A stretch of DNA of 64,000 bases from Felis catus (GCF_018350175.1 NC_058368.1:197038001-197102000); one strand, 5' to 3'; counted from the stretch's first letter, positions 12,030-25,829 are shown. The notes: generated by a model not told the origin, from the letters alone. Numbers and translations: made by a program.

Positions 12030-12891
12030 AACTTAAAGTTATTTATTGAAATAAGCATGGAGGTGGAGCCAGCCCCTTGCCCACCTCCCCGGAAGGGGTA
12101 GGGGGTGTGCTAATAATGACGGCGGTTGCAGGGCACTGAATAGTAATGTGACCCTTGTCTTACCTGCTTGCCCGAGAGCAAATTCATGTCCACTGCCCCT
12201 GTATGAAAGTGTTATGGTAACAGTTATTGGAGATAATTTCCCCCTGGGAGCCACCTGGTTGAAGGGGATGAGGGACGATTAGCGCCCCCTAGGCCCTGGC
12301 TTAAATTGACCTTGTTTGTCCATCTCTCCCCTTGGCTTTGGAGGCCTCTCCCTGCCTCCCTGCCCCCACTCTGTCCGTGTCTCCCCGGCTGACCCTCCTG
12401 GGGACTGAGGCTGATCCAAGGCTTCGTAAACCATTCAGGACTGTTAAACAAATCCTATAATTAGAAGCCAGGTTTCCTAAACGAAGTGAAAAATGTAACG
12501 TTACCCTTTGTTTGTTCACTGGATGCTCAACGCATGTCCCATGACCCAGAGGAGCTGTGACTTTGGGTTTTCAAGAAGCCTTAATAAGGTAATGTTTATA
12601 AAGTTCTTAGCTTTACAACTCTGCCGAGTACAACTCCGTGAACTGAGGACAAGCCGCAATTCCAAAGAGATTCCACCCCCATCGGCCCCCCCATCCCAAC
12701 GGTGAAGAACGGTGTCCCCTTGTCCTCTTATGCCGTATGTGGATAGCACCAAGACTGGGATTAAAGGGAGTGGGTTCAGGCCTCATCGGTGTGTGACATT
12801 CTATCAGTCTCTTTTCGTCTCTGGCCTTGTGTTTCTCCGTCTGTAAAAGAGACGAGTTGATGAGACTTGTTTGTTCCAAAAGCCTCTTCTT

Positions 12892-13120
12892 CTTTTTTTT
12901 TTTTAATTTTTAAAAAATGTTTTTATTTATTTTTGAGACAGAGAGAGACAGAGCATGAGTAGGGGAGGGGCACAGAGAAAGGGAGACACAGAATCCAAAG
13001 CAGGCTCCAGGCTCTGAGCTGTCAGCACAGAGCCTGACGCGGGGCTCAAACCCATGAACTGCGAGATCATGCCCTGAGCCGAAGTCAGACGCTCAACCGA
13101 CTGAGCCACCCAGGAGCCCC
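12892..13120 (-). mobile_element. Can-SINE
   Basis: Reverse copy; TSD aaag(c/t)ctcttct. Confidence 0.9.
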
Positions 13121-14894
13121 TCTGAAAGTCTCTTCTAACTCGGATATTCTACAGTTTGATTTCTGTGTCTCTCCACCATTGGGTTTTATCTCAAGCAAGG
13201 ATACTTCTCCAAATTTGATCTCCATTCTCTGAACTTTCCCAAAGGACTTGGTAATGAACCTTGAACAGGGTAAATCTAGTTTGGGGTTGGCAACACACAG
13301 ACATACACCTTTTCTGCCTCAGCTTTGAACCGTCAAGCTCCTCCCTCATGAGATATAATACATGACCCCCCCCCCCCAAAATGTGAAAATAACGTGTGGG
13401 AAGAAGAATAATTCCTTAACTCTTCAAAGGAGTTCAAACTGGCCAAGATGGGGAAGCGTGGAAAGAGCCAGGGCTGTGGCTGTCTGGAGATGGTAGCCCC
13501 CGTTAAGCGGCCAATGTTCTGTTAACATCATAACCGCTGACGTTTATGGAGTTCATTCTATGAACCAGACTCTGTGCTGAGGGCTTCTATCCATCTTCTC
13601 AGTTAACCTCACGGCAAGTCCGTGAGGGACGTACTTTCTCATCTTCATTTGACAGATAAGAAACTGACCCTTACAGAGGAAAGAATTTGCCGGAAGGAAA
13701 TAAGTGGTTGGAGCAGAGACTCCAGGGCCCGTTCTTGACCTGCATAAATCCGCGGCCTCCAACCCCCTGATCCTGTTGTGGTGCTTGTGGAAGCGTCCAT
13801 CATTCTGGGTCCCTGAGCGGTTCAGATGAGCAGAGCATGTGCCGGGAGCCTACGTAGGACTCGTAACGTAGGTGAGCAAGAGACCTTTGCTGGAGTAAGC
13901 CTCCAAGATCTGGGAGGTGTGCACAATGTGGCCTATCCTGAGTGACACTGCTCGTCACAGGGCAGAAGGAGCAACTTTGTTCCGTCTGTTCTCAAAGAGC
14001 AAATTTGTCATCAGCAGACGGAGGGAGCAGGGAGGCAGACGTTTAAATCAAGCAGCGCCTAATAAGAGACCAGGGAGCATTTACTAGGAGCATCACTGAG
14101 AAGCCAGCAAAATGACCGTAAGGTCCTGCTGATCCTGAGGTTCAAGGAAACGGTCGAAAACAGTTGAAGATTTGTGAGTAATTCTGGAAAGACAGTGTCA
14201 GAGCTAGCTAGCCCTGCGGTTGAGATAATGGGCTAGAACGCCAGGGAATCCCAATATGGGAGACAAAAAATTGTGGACATAGCTATGTAATCACCAGACC
14301 GAGGAGTCAAACAGTCCCAGTTTTTCCACCCCTGGGGGAGAGAGAGAGAGATTGGGGTCAGCCCGACCCTAGAATTCTCTCCAGAGCTGACTCAGAAAAC
14401 ATGGCCCCTTGGCACTGAGCCCTCTTGCCAGACGCAATTCTCTTCAGGGTAGGCTTGTTCACAGAGCACAGCCAGGCCACGTCGAAGAGAATTCGGATGG
14501 ACTTTGGTGCTGTGTATCCTGCCTACTGACATGGGTGCCCACCTCTAACCGCTGCCCGCTTCCCAAAGTTCATTCCCTAAGCTGGGGCAAAGGTTAGGGG
14601 CAGGTGGTGGTCAAAAGTGGCCCTGGGGACCCAGGCTTTCAGCCTAAGCTCTGCACTTTTTCTCCTCACTGTTCTCCTACCCAGTTTCCTCTTCTATAAA
14701 AATCTTTATATTCACGGGTGGTTGATACAAGGAAATACGAGTCAAGGATGTAAAAGTGCTTTGTAAACCGTAGAGAGCTACGCATACACAAAAGCTCTCA
14801 CTCTTACCACCACGCAGTTATCGGCAGCGTCTGTCTCGGTCCGAAGGGTATATATACCACCTCTGTCTCCCGGGGCCGGAAACCTTGAAACTCG

Positions 14895-15281
14895 TTTTTT
14901 TTTTTTTTGTTTTTTTTTTTAATTTTTTTTTTTTTAATTTTTTTTTTCAACGTTTATTTATTTTTGGGACAGAGAGAGACAGAGCATGAACGGGGGAGGG
15001 GCAGAGAGAGAGGGAGACACAGAATCGGAACCAGGCTCCAGGCTCTGAGCCATCAGCCCAGAGCCTGACGCGGGGCTTGAACTCACGGACCGTGAGATCG
15101 TGACCCGGCTGAAGTCGGACGCTTAACCGACTGCGCCACCCAGGCGCCCCTTTTTTTAATTTTTAACAAAAGTTTATTTATTTATTTTTTTTAGTAATCT
15201 CTACGCTCAATGTGGGGCTCAAACTCACGACCTCAAGATCAAGAGTCACATGTTCTTCTGACCGAGCCAGCCAGGCGCCCC
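14895..15281 (-). mobile_element. Two tandem Can-SINEs
   Basis: Long polyT tail, a full SINE, then a shorter SINE; cttgaaact flanks both sides. Confidence 0.9.
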
Positions 15282-17451
15282 TTGAAACTGTCTTCCCACA
15301 TTAGAACAATTATGGAGGCTTCATTCCTGGGAACCAGACTTTGGAAATGGTCAGCTTCCCCACCGGCCAGCCATTTCTAACTCTTCCCTCACCAATACAG
15401 TATTTATGAGAACCGTCCTTTCAGTAGAAATTTGGCAAGATGTCACGTACTGGAGACATTGTATCTTCTTCCACAGGCCCTGAGAGCGGAGGTCACGGGC
15501 CCTCAGCCTGGTCCTAAAATATCAATATTGTTGTATCTGCCATCCTCTTTGAGATGATGAGCTCTGGAACTGTTAGCTGTTCACTGCTGTATGACCCGGG
15601 GCTAAGCACAGGGCCTGACACATTATGTCTTTGTCAAGAGGTGAGTGAACCCTCTTCAAGGACTCTCGAGGCTTTTCATTGCCCATATAGTAAAGTCACA
15701 GCTCATAGAAACTTACAGAAGGCCCTAGGCAAGATATTTAAACGACCACCTGGGGCGCCTTCTCAGTATCATCAGCTAACGGGTTCATAGGAAAGTTCAG
15801 GAGGTTCCAACCTCCTTCTGCAGGGAGGCCCAGGTTGGGACTCCCTGTAGCCCTAAGAGCTTGTACAGTTTTGAGACTGGTTTCCAGGTGGGGAGGCAGA
15901 CCGGGGACAGATGCCTTGGCTACGGCCGTCAAGGCTCCTTGCTGAAGAAGGGCAGTGGGACCTGTCCTGGGGTCGCTGCCTGTCCCCCAAGTGGCGGGTA
16001 TCGGGTAGCTCTTAGGGTTTCTCCGGTGGCTCAGCAAGGCCTGCCCTGGGCACAGCTGGCTCCTGGGTCAGGCGCCGAGAAGCACGTGTGTGAATAAGCC
16101 GCGTTCCCAATCCGCAAGAGGCTCTCACCCGAGGCCTCCAAAACACGCACCCGTAAGACCCCATCCACAAATACACGCTCCCACAGACACCAAAACAGAC
16201 ACAGTGAAAACATCGCTGTGTGAGCCAGTAACAGAAGCCAATACGTAAGGCAGACTCTGATAAGTACCATGCCTTTCAGCTATGTTGGGGGAGCAGGCCT
16301 TTGAACCCAAGCTGCCAAGGAATTCCCCTCTCCCCACCCCTCCCCTGGAGGACGCCTCTCCTACAAACAGCCAGGTGACAGCAAGCTCTTTCTCCTTCCA
16401 TCCTCTCTCCCCCTCTCCCCAAGCCCAAGCTTTATTCTCCGCCAGGTCTGGGCTCTGGGGGGCTGAAGAGAACCCTTCTCACGGCTGTACCCTCCTCCTG
16501 GACGATGGGGCCTCCCACCCAAAATAGAGGCAGACCCACCCAGCAGGAGGAGGGGCTGACAGCTTTCAGGGACAAGTCAGAACTCTGGATCTTGTAAGTC
16601 CAGACGTCCTATAAACTCTGACCGAAGAATAAACATCCCCCGGGACTGAGGGGAAGATATGTCGGTGGGCAGGGGGCCCGGCGCCTCTGTCTGCTCTGGG
16701 GACAGGCTGTTTAGTCCATATCCCTCGTGGGCCTCTTTGGGCTCCTTCCTGTTCCCGGTCTGGACAAGTGGAGGCCCATCAGCGGGCCTGAGGCCTCGGA
16801 CCTGGGACTCAGACCTCTCAGGGCTGGAAGGGGAACTGTTAAAACTCAACAAGCCCGGTCTTTTCCTTCGTTTTTATTTGGTTTTATTTCTTAAGTAGGT
16901 TTTATGCTCAGTGGAGGGTTTGAATTCATGACTGTGAGATCAAGAGTTGTGTGCCGTGCTGACTGGGACAGCCAGGCACCCCCCCCCCCCATTTCCTCTT
17001 CTTGAACCTCCCTCATACCACTCCCAACTGCTGCTAAAACAACCCGGCTGATGGGGAGCTCGCTCTTTCCCAGGGCAGTCTATTCTATGACTGGGCCTCT
17101 GGCAGTTAAAAAGTTCTAGAAGAGGGCTGACTAGAATTGTTCTGGGTGACCTGACCGAGCAAGAGTAAAGAACAATGGGTACAACAAAATAATAGCAGGG
17201 CATTCGTTGAGCGACATGCTGAGCCAGACGCTTTGCATGCATCATCTCATTAAATCTGCCCTCCTTTCCAGGAGGACACACACAGGATCAGAGAGGTTAG
17301 GTCACCTGCCCAAGCTAACCCAGCCGTCATGTGCAGAGGCTGGGGTTCAGGTCACTCTGGTGCAGAGTCCATGCTTTAAATATTAGCCTGTACTGTTTTT
17401 CCACAATCAAAAAGCAAAAATAGCATACACGCACTACAACACCATCCAACT

Positions 17452-17680
17452 GGGGCGCCTGGGTGGTTCAGTCGGTTGGGCATCCGACTTCAGCTCAGGT
17501 CACGATCTCGCAGTTCGTGAGTTCGAGCCCCGCGTCAGGCTCTGCGCTGACAGCTCGGAGCCTGGAGCCTGCTTCCGATTCTGTCTCCCTCTCTCTGCTC
17601 CTCCCCCACTCACACTCTGTCTCTCTCTGTCTCTCTCAAAAATAAATAAAGCTTAAAAAAAAATCAAAAAATATAAAGTA
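17452..17680 (+). mobile_element. Can-SINE
   Basis: TSD aacaccatccaact. Confidence 0.93.
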
Positions 17681-19883
17681 AAACACCATCCAACTAACAC
17701 AGGCACACACAAAGCCAATCAAGTCACAATAAAAACAGCTAAAATGTGCCAAATATTTAGTACTAGTTGTGTGCCAGGCACATCATAATTTTCATGATAA
17801 ATCCATTTAAACAACCCCAAGAGGAACCTGAGGCTCACTGAGGTTAGGAAAAGTAGGATGTGCATCCTCAGGGAGAAATGAGCTCTCCCTTATAATGAAG
17901 GTGTCCAACCGAGATGCTTAAAAAGAGGATCCTGTGCTGGGAGGGGCCGCACGGGACATCCCCCGGGTCTGAGGTTGTATGGGTGGTGAGTGCTAACAAG
18001 AGACGAGGTACCGGGCGAAGTCGATCAGTAATTCAGAAACACACGCTTGGTGTTTTCAAGGCTGGCTGCTGGGCAGAAGGGAGGCCCTAGCCATCCAGGC
18101 CCCGAGTACAAGTCCACCTCCTAGAGTCCTACCCCTACTCCCCTTTCCTTGACTGCCCCCCCAATGGGGGAGAAGGCCTCGGCACCTGGCCTGGGCAGAG
18201 GGTCATGTGGACACCCCAGGGGCCTCCCATTCACCCAGGCCTTTCCCTTTTTTGAGAACTGGGAGTTTGCTGGCTGGGTCTGTTCCCACCAACAGTGTTC
18301 CCGTCCAGGGAGCTTAAAATAGTGCCTCTTGGCTGGGGCTCGCGAGTGAGCAGTGAGGCAGGCATTTGTGCAAATATGGGCCTGGGAGAAAGAGTCCTAC
18401 CCAGGAGGGTGGCGGGCGGGGTGGGCAGCATGTCAGGAGAGCCAAGACCTCCTGTGGAGGATGCGCCCTCCTGGCCACAGCCCCCCTCCATCTTGCAAGA
18501 GAGGCGCCTGTTAGTCTCCTGCCCCCCCAGACCGTACTGGGCTCACCTGGGCACGTCTTTAGACTGAATCCCACAGGCCCTCCTTGCTCCAGGGTGAGCC
18601 TCCTGGAAACGGGGCCTGTGCATTCTTCTGCACGTTCTATCCTTGTTCCCACCTCACAATGTCCTTCCCACTCAAGCACACTCCAGAAGCATCCTTGAAG
18701 GCCCAAATCAGTTTTAATAATAGCAGCGACAATTGCATCCACCTTTAACTGAGCATTTACTTTTGTCAGGCGCTCGGCTAAGCCTTTCAACATGCATTAT
18801 CTCATTTGATCCTCACGACATTCTATCCAAGCCAGGTTATTATTCTCTCCACTGTGCAGAAGAAACCAAGGCTCAGAGAAGTCAAGGGACTGTCCCGAGG
18901 ACACATAGCTGTGAACTGATAGAGGCAGGAGTAAAACTCAGGTCTGTCCATCTCTAGAATCTGAACCCTTACCCCTGGGCTATACCTCTTCCTACAGGTC
19001 CCTGATGCTCTGGCCTCCCGTTCTCCATTCCAGCATTAACACTCCATATTACATATAGCTGCTTTGAGTCAACGCATCAAAGGTTTCGCGAATGCCTACT
19101 ACGTGCCGGGAACACTGCTGGGCGTCGCGCTCACCCCCTGGGAGCTCTCAGGTCCCCTTGAGGACTCTGGTTTGGGCTTGGGCTCAGTGGCCTCCCCAGC
19201 ATTCACGGACCTGTTTGTTGAGGATGTCCAGGTAAGGCTGAGGCAAGCATAGCCCCTCCTCAATGACCAGCTGGCCATCCCCTCTCCTCTCCTGGCTGTA
19301 ACTCTCCTTTCTTTCCCCCACTGCAGGGAACAGCATGTACAGGAATCAGACAAACTTGCTTTGAACCCTGCGACTTTGGGCTCCCTGAGCCTCAGTTTCC
19401 CCCTCTGTAGATAAGGGATAAAATTAGGACCTCGCCACAGGGTGGCTGGGAAGATGTAATGAAACAATTGCACACGAAGGACTTAGCACAGGGCCTGGCA
19501 GTCAGTCAGTAGATATTACGCAGTAGCTATTACTATTACTAGTTGTTATTTTCTGAAAATTATGAGGTCCTGGTGACAAATGCCCAAGGCCTAGAACATA
19601 CTAGATGCTCCAAGTGAAGGGAATCACTCACAAGGCAGACGGAGGCCTCCACCCCATCCCTGCCCCTTCACTCTCGGTGGCTGTGCCCTTCCTGCAGTGA
19701 CTGGGAGGTGTCTCAGCGCTGGATCCTAACAGTGGGTCACTTGGGCTGCCAGGGACAGGCCCGGGACCCATACCCCATCACTTGGTCCCCTCATTTGCAA
19801 TGCCAGGGCCCATTCAGACTTGGTTGGTGTGAGGTTCCCTCAGGGCTTGCGGCCCCTCTTCAGGGTCGTCTGGCTTTCTGGTG

Positions 19884-19897
19884 GCGCCACCTGGTGG
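19884..19897 (-). promoter_or_regulatory. Candidate CTCF site
   Basis: Minus strand reads CCACCAGGTGGCGC, the CTCF core consensus. Confidence 0.6.
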
Positions 19898-22454
19898 TGA
19901 GCACAGCACAGTTCATGGCAGGCTCTGCAGCCAGAGGGCTGTCTGGAGACTGAGCAAGACCACCCCCTGCCCCTTCCTCTCCAGCACATCCGTCCCTTCC
20001 CTCATTTACGAGTGCCAACCACCTTCCGTGAAAAAATCCTAACGACTCCAACTTTGCTGTGAACCCAAGAACCCCAAGTTCTTAGGCCTCCCTCTCAGGC
20101 CTGGGTTGGGTCCCATGGTGGTCTGCCAGGAGGGTTCATTCACACTTAGGACATCCTGAGGGCAGATGACCCTTCAGTGGTTTCTAGAAACCTAGGCTGG
20201 AGGAAGGGACCTCCTTCCAGGCCCGAGCTAGCCCAGGCACGGGAAACCCAGTAATGGTCACTGGGCCCATCCTTGACTCCCTGAAGCACCTTCCCTGGGG
20301 ACCTCACAGATCCCCGTCCCGACTGGGAGGAGTCTGGAGCCCCAGCTGGGCCCAGGGCTGTAGGTGTAAACTTTGGGGGAAGAGCAGTAAGAATTAGGAG
20401 ACTGAGGCATGCTCTAACCGGCCTCATGGGGCTCTGACACCAACACACCATGTCAGCTAGGGTGAGGCCCACCCCTCCCTGGCCTCCGTCTCCCGTGCTC
20501 AAGTGGGGGTTGGGTGGGGGAAGGAGAAGATGACGGGTAAGGATTCCTGTAGCTCCCAGACTGGCTCCTTGTCAGGTGCAGATTCCTGGGCCTGCTTTGT
20601 CAGAGCTCTGAGGCCAGGACCCTGGAATCCATATTGACGTGCACTGAAGCTGGAAGCTAAGGAAGCTAAGTCGTGCCTTTGAGACTTCCCTCTCTGTGGA
20701 TGCCAGGCTGCGGGTGGGGCCACCCCAGCTGCATGCTGGTCGGTCCCCCTGCCGGCTGCAGCAGAGGGGTAGCGAGGAGACTGCCCCCCAGCCCTCACCC
20801 CCTCACGCTTGCCCCGAGAACAGTGGCGGTGGGGCTGAGGCAGCCGGAGTGGGGGCCCTCGCTGCCTGAGGAGGTATTTTCGGAGTCCCCCCTCCCTCTG
20901 GAGTTTCCAGTGATAGAATAGAGTCCTGTCTAGTATTTGACCAAATATGGTGGTATCTCTCCACGAGCTCCCGCCTCAGCCAGTTTCTCAGTTATGCTGT
21001 GGAAACCTGCCCCGGACAGATTAATCTTGTGACATTCAGGAGCGCGTCGCACTCGGCGTTCTCTCCCTCAGCCGATTCCTGTAAATGGCCAGGAGTGGCC
21101 CTCCGCAAGACGCTGCAGTCCCCAGTGTTTGCTCACAGACACTCCCTGTCCTCTGCACGCTCCCTCCCAGCCCTCCTCCGCCTCCCTGGGGGGACTGGCT
21201 CCCTCACATCGGGGCCTGGCCGGGCTGTTCACCTGAGGTGAGAGACCTAGGCCCCCGCGGGGCTGCTCAGTTCAGCGTGGGATCCTGGGGTCACCCGAGC
21301 TCACCACATTGCGGCCGGAGCCTGTGAAGCCCAGAGCTCTCTCAGGGCCCCGGGGGGTAGGAAGGAGAGTTGGATGAGCGATGAGAACCACGCGGGCTCT
21401 AATGCTAATGAGAACGGCTAATGTTTATAATAACAACTATATGATTATTTCATAGTGATCACTTTCGTCATAAACAGCTAAGTGTTTATTGAGCACTTAC
21501 TACATGTCAGGTACTGTGCCAGCTGTTAAACACGGTTTATTTCCTTTACTCCTTTTAACAGCCCCAAGTAGTGGCCGCCGTGATTCCCCCCATCCTAGAG
21601 AGGTGGGAAGTGAGGCTCAGAACGATTTCAGGAAGAAAGGGGCCAGGCGACTGTCAATTCCTGGGCATGACCCCCATTTTACAGAGAAGGAGACTGAGGC
21701 TGAGAGAGAGTCAAAGTCACAGACAGCTACACAGGGGCAGGCCCCTGGACGGAAGACCCTCTACATGGAATGGGGGTGGGGGGGCGCTGCATCGGGAAGG
21801 GCAGAACAGCCAGCCACGAAGTCCTCCTGAACTGCGACTTGGCCGGCGCAGGAGCACAGATCCAGAAACATGCTCACAGCAGGCCAGAATTGTGCAGAAA
21901 ATATCCCAAGACAAACAGCATGGGGTGGGGGATAGAGGCCTGCACAGGGACCAGGTATGAATCCCGGCTCTGTCGTCTCTTACCCACTGTGTAATCCTCG
22001 ACAAGTCCCTTCCTTGCTCTGGCCTCAGTTTCCCTTCCTGAGAACTGACTAGGCGGGTGGGGCTCCCCCACCCAGGGCCGTTGAACTCACCTGAGGCTGG
22101 CTGAGGCCGGAGGGCCTGAGGCTGTTTCCCCGGGAGACGGGGCCCGCGTCCCGCTCCTGGCTGGCACACTCGAGAACATTTGCTCTCCTGACCAACGGAC
22201 AGCCCGTCCCGCCTCCGCCCTCACCCCCTTGCCATCCCCAAAGCAAACGAAGCTGATTGTCTTAGCCGGCCCTGTGGGTGCCGGCCGGGTGGCTAGCCGC
22301 AGGCCACAGGCGGAGGTCCCACCCGCCAGGGCCCCGCCGGACACACAGGGCATTGTCCCTCAGTCAACAGCCCCCGGGCACCTCGGCCCGGCTCCTGGCC
22401 TGCCCCCACGCCCCTCGCCGCCAGGCCCAGCCAGCTGGGGGCCCGAGGCTCCCA

Positions 22455-22510
22455 GCTGATGACGAGCCCACCCAGCCACCCCCCAGCAGCCCCCTGACGA
22501 GCTATAATTG
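22455..22510 (+). promoter_or_regulatory. IL17B core promoter: TATA-like TATAAT and two TGACG half-CRE sites
   Basis: TATAAT at 22503-22508, about 100 nt upstream of the ATG; TGACGAGC at 22460-22467 and 22495-22502. Confidence 0.6.
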
Positions 22511-22602
22511 CTTCGCTCCTTCCTGTTGCTGCCATTCTCTTGGCGGAGGCATCTGGGGTTCCAGGCGGGCGGCAGCTGCTGGCCAACCGCCTGGCTCGCG
22601 GG

Positions 22603-22623
22603 ATGGACTGGCCCCACAACCTG
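22603..22623 (+). CDS. IL17B: IL17B exon 1 coding part (MDWPHNL)
   Basis: ATG GAC TGG CCC CAC AAC CTG followed by donor GTACGT; matches the IL-17B signal-peptide start. Confidence 0.95.
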
Positions 22624-24799
22624 GTACGTGGCTCTTCCCCACCCCCACCCCATTTTAGGGCCTGAGTGTTTCGTTACTTCTCTCCTATTGATTCATGGCT
22701 GCCTCTGTTTGGCTTGGAATCTGCAGAGGTGAGTTCTCCCTCTGCCGTCTCTCCCCCAGGGCGAGGAAGAAACAGAGACCGGTCTCAGAGCCTGCGGCCA
22801 TGGCCGACAGCTCGGGCTCCTGAACTGGGCTCAGCCCGTCCACAGCGAAGCCCTTTCAGGCCCAAGCCGTCCGGGGCGGGGGAGCCTGGCAAACTCCGTT
22901 ATCGGGGTTCTTCCGGAGAAGTCCCTGGGTCCTGAGAGCCAGGCCGTGTGACCTTGGGCAAGTCCTTGTGTTTCTGTTTCCCAGGGGAGGTGGGGGGACT
23001 TGGATCCTGTTCTGGGTTTCTCTGAGTGGAGGGCCCGAGTTCAAGGGCGCCAGGGTGGGCAGCCCAGAGGAGAAAGCCAATTGTGAAGGAGGCCTTTTTT
23101 CCTGCACCGGAATCCGGGACCAAAAGGGAAGAATTTAGCGACTTGAATCTCTTTGGTGGATTTTGTGCCAGGCAGTGGTGTTGCCAGGAGGGGCTGTGCT
23201 GGAACTTGTGTTCAAGGGTCAAGGTTTGTTGGGTAGCCTGGATTGGTCAGGTCTGGGCTGTGCAGGTGCTGAGGTGAGTGGTTCGGGGCAGGTAGGAGCC
23301 TGGTTAGATGCAGGGACAAGATGAACCCCCCCCTCCCTGCCCCCCACCCCCACGAAGATTCTTCCCTTCTGGCGAGCCCTGGGCCCCACCCCAGTCCTGG
23401 CCCTTCTCTCCCAGCCTTGCGGGAGAGTCGGGTCCTGCCAGGCTCCCGGGGCTTCTCCTGAGCGAGCCAGAGACTTTCCTGACGCTCTGGGTTCTATGGG
23501 AAGAAGTGGACGGAGGTTGGCGAGGTTGGATACGGGTGAGGCGTGGATGGGGTGGGGGCAGGCAGAGGGCCGGGCATAGATGAGAGGGGCACAGGTGTCA
23601 TGGAGTCCAACAGGGATCCTCAGCCGCGACCTGCCCATGTCCCCAACTTCATCTCACGCCCCCTCATCTGCACACTCTATTTCAGCCTCGCGGTTTCCCC
23701 GGCAAAGCTCTTCACCGACGCAAACCTTTTCTCACGTTGCCACCCCTCCCCGACCCCCACCCCCCTGAGATATTTAGACTCCCTCTGCCCACATCTGCCT
23801 CCCTCTTATCCTTCAAATTTCACCTACGTGCCGGCTCCCCAGAAAGGCCTTGCGGGACCACTCGGCTGCTGCTAAGCGGCTGGCCCTGATCTCTAGCCAC
23901 AGGCAGCCCGCGTCATCATCACATTCGTCGCTAGAGATTTAGGTGCTTGTTACTTGTTCACCGTCTGTTCCCCCACCCAGACTATAAGCTACAGAAGGGG
24001 CAGGGATGGTGACAGCCGTTGACTGACTCGGTCACAGGGGAGGAGACAGTATATGGAAGCTGCTGCAATGCCTGCCTGCGTGGAGTCCGTGCTTAGTAGG
24101 GGAGGGATGCATAACAGAACCACACACGTGAACCCTAAGTCTGCAGGCATGCGAGGGGCGTGTGGTGTTGAGAGCCCCAAAAGGTCCACTGAGGCATCCC
24201 GAGGGACGTGACACTGGGCTGAGACATGAGGGGTTGAGGGGTAAGAGGCATTTAGATGAATGAGGGAGGCAGGACTCTGCGGGTGGCAGCCTGTGCAAAG
24301 TCCCTGTGGCAGGAAGGAGCATTTTGGGAGGAAGGGCTCGAGAGAAGGCCAGAGGCTGGAGCGCAGGTGTGAGAGGAAGTCAGGGGTAAGATTGGAGGAG
24401 GCAGGGCTCAGCAGAGGTCAGACCATGCGGCAGAGTAGGGGTGTCTTTAACCTAAGGGTGAACGGTCAAGCTGGAGGTTAACATCAGATCGGCATTTCAA
24501 GCAGCTGTCCTTGGCCATGGTGCGGAGAACGGATTGAAGGAGACCGGGGGGATGTGGGGAGACCAGGTGGGAGGCTGTTGAGGGATGGTGGTGCAGATGG
24601 ATAAATGGCAAGGTGGGGAGATTTTGAAGAGGTGATACAGGCGGGACTTAGTCCTGTCCACATGTCTATACCTGTGGTGGCCTGGCAGGTGGGGCGGTCC
24701 CCGTAAAGGCCCTCTTCCCTCTCTCTTCCCTGAGCCTGGAGTCTTGGCCCAGAGGGACACCCGGCTCTCCCATCTTTGACGTGTGGCCTTCTTTCCCAG

Positions 24800-25089
24800 C
24801 TGTTCCTTCTGACCGTCTCCATCTTCCTGGGGCTGGGCCAGCCCAGGAACCCCAAAGGCAAGAGGAAGGGGCCAGGGCGGCCTGGAACGCTGGCTTCTGG
24901 GCCTCACCAGGTGCCGCTGGACCTGGTGTCACAGGCGAAGCCGTACGCCCGCATGGAGGAATACGAGAGGAACCTCGGGGAGATGGTAGCCCAGCTGAGG
25001 AACAGCTCTGAGCCGGCCAGGAGGAAGTGTGAGGTCAACCTGCAGCTGTGGCTGTCCAACAAGAGGAGTCTGTCGCCCTGGGGCTACAG
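24800..25089 (+). CDS. IL17B: IL17B exon 2
   Basis: Acceptor ttcccag, 290 nt encoding LFLLTVSIFLGLGQP...RNSS...CEVNLQLWLSNKRSLSPWGY, donor AG|GTAGCC. Confidence 0.97.
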
Positions 25090-25829
25090 GTAGCCTGGGC
25101 TGGGCAGCCACGGGCAAGCTGCGTGTGGGGGGCAGGAGGGGGGGGCACCGTGCCCACTGTCCCATCGTAATAGTTACACCTTGGATCGGGAGGCCCGAGT
25201 GCCTGGGTTTGAATCTCGGCTCTGCCCCCTACTCGCTGCGTGGCTTTGGGCAGCCTCAGCGTCTCCGAGCCTCAGTTTCTTGCGTGTCAGTGGGGGTGAC
25301 GGTAGTTCAAACTTCGTCAGTTTTATAGGCTTGTGATTAAATGAGCTGTCTGTGCAGAGCCCTGGCATTCGTGTTCCCCACGTCCCCGCTGGAGTGCCTG
25401 CAAGGCTCTCACTTCCTCTGCCTTGTACGGCGTGCCTTGTACACCCTCCCAGTCACAGCGCCTGCAGGGCGGTATTGAGTTCTGTGTCTACATCTGCCTC
25501 TCACGACTGGCACCTCCCCAGTGCCCGCAGCAGAGTCATCTAAGGACTCTCGTGCCCCACTCCGTCAAAATCTGCAGGAAGAGGCCCAGAGAGTGATATG
25601 TCACACACCTCCACGTGATCGGGAACCAAAACCCGCTGTTCTCAGACTACAGGGTCGGTGCCTTACTTCGGTCAAAGCTCTACTTCTAAGCACAGAGCCT
25701 GGCATGCAGAAGGGGCCAAATGCCTGCGTGCTGGAAGAAACCGAGTAACCTTGAAGGGTCTTCACTCACAAGTCAGGCCAAAGATTTTTTAGGGGCGCAA
25801 CTTGGGTCCTGAGATCCTAGAAGTGCATA

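Noticed and set aside
22695..22734. Alternative ATG and strong GTGAGT donor in IL17B intron 1
   Set aside because: The 34-nt coding stretch is out of phase with exon 2, and extending exon 1 to this donor meets a stop codon.
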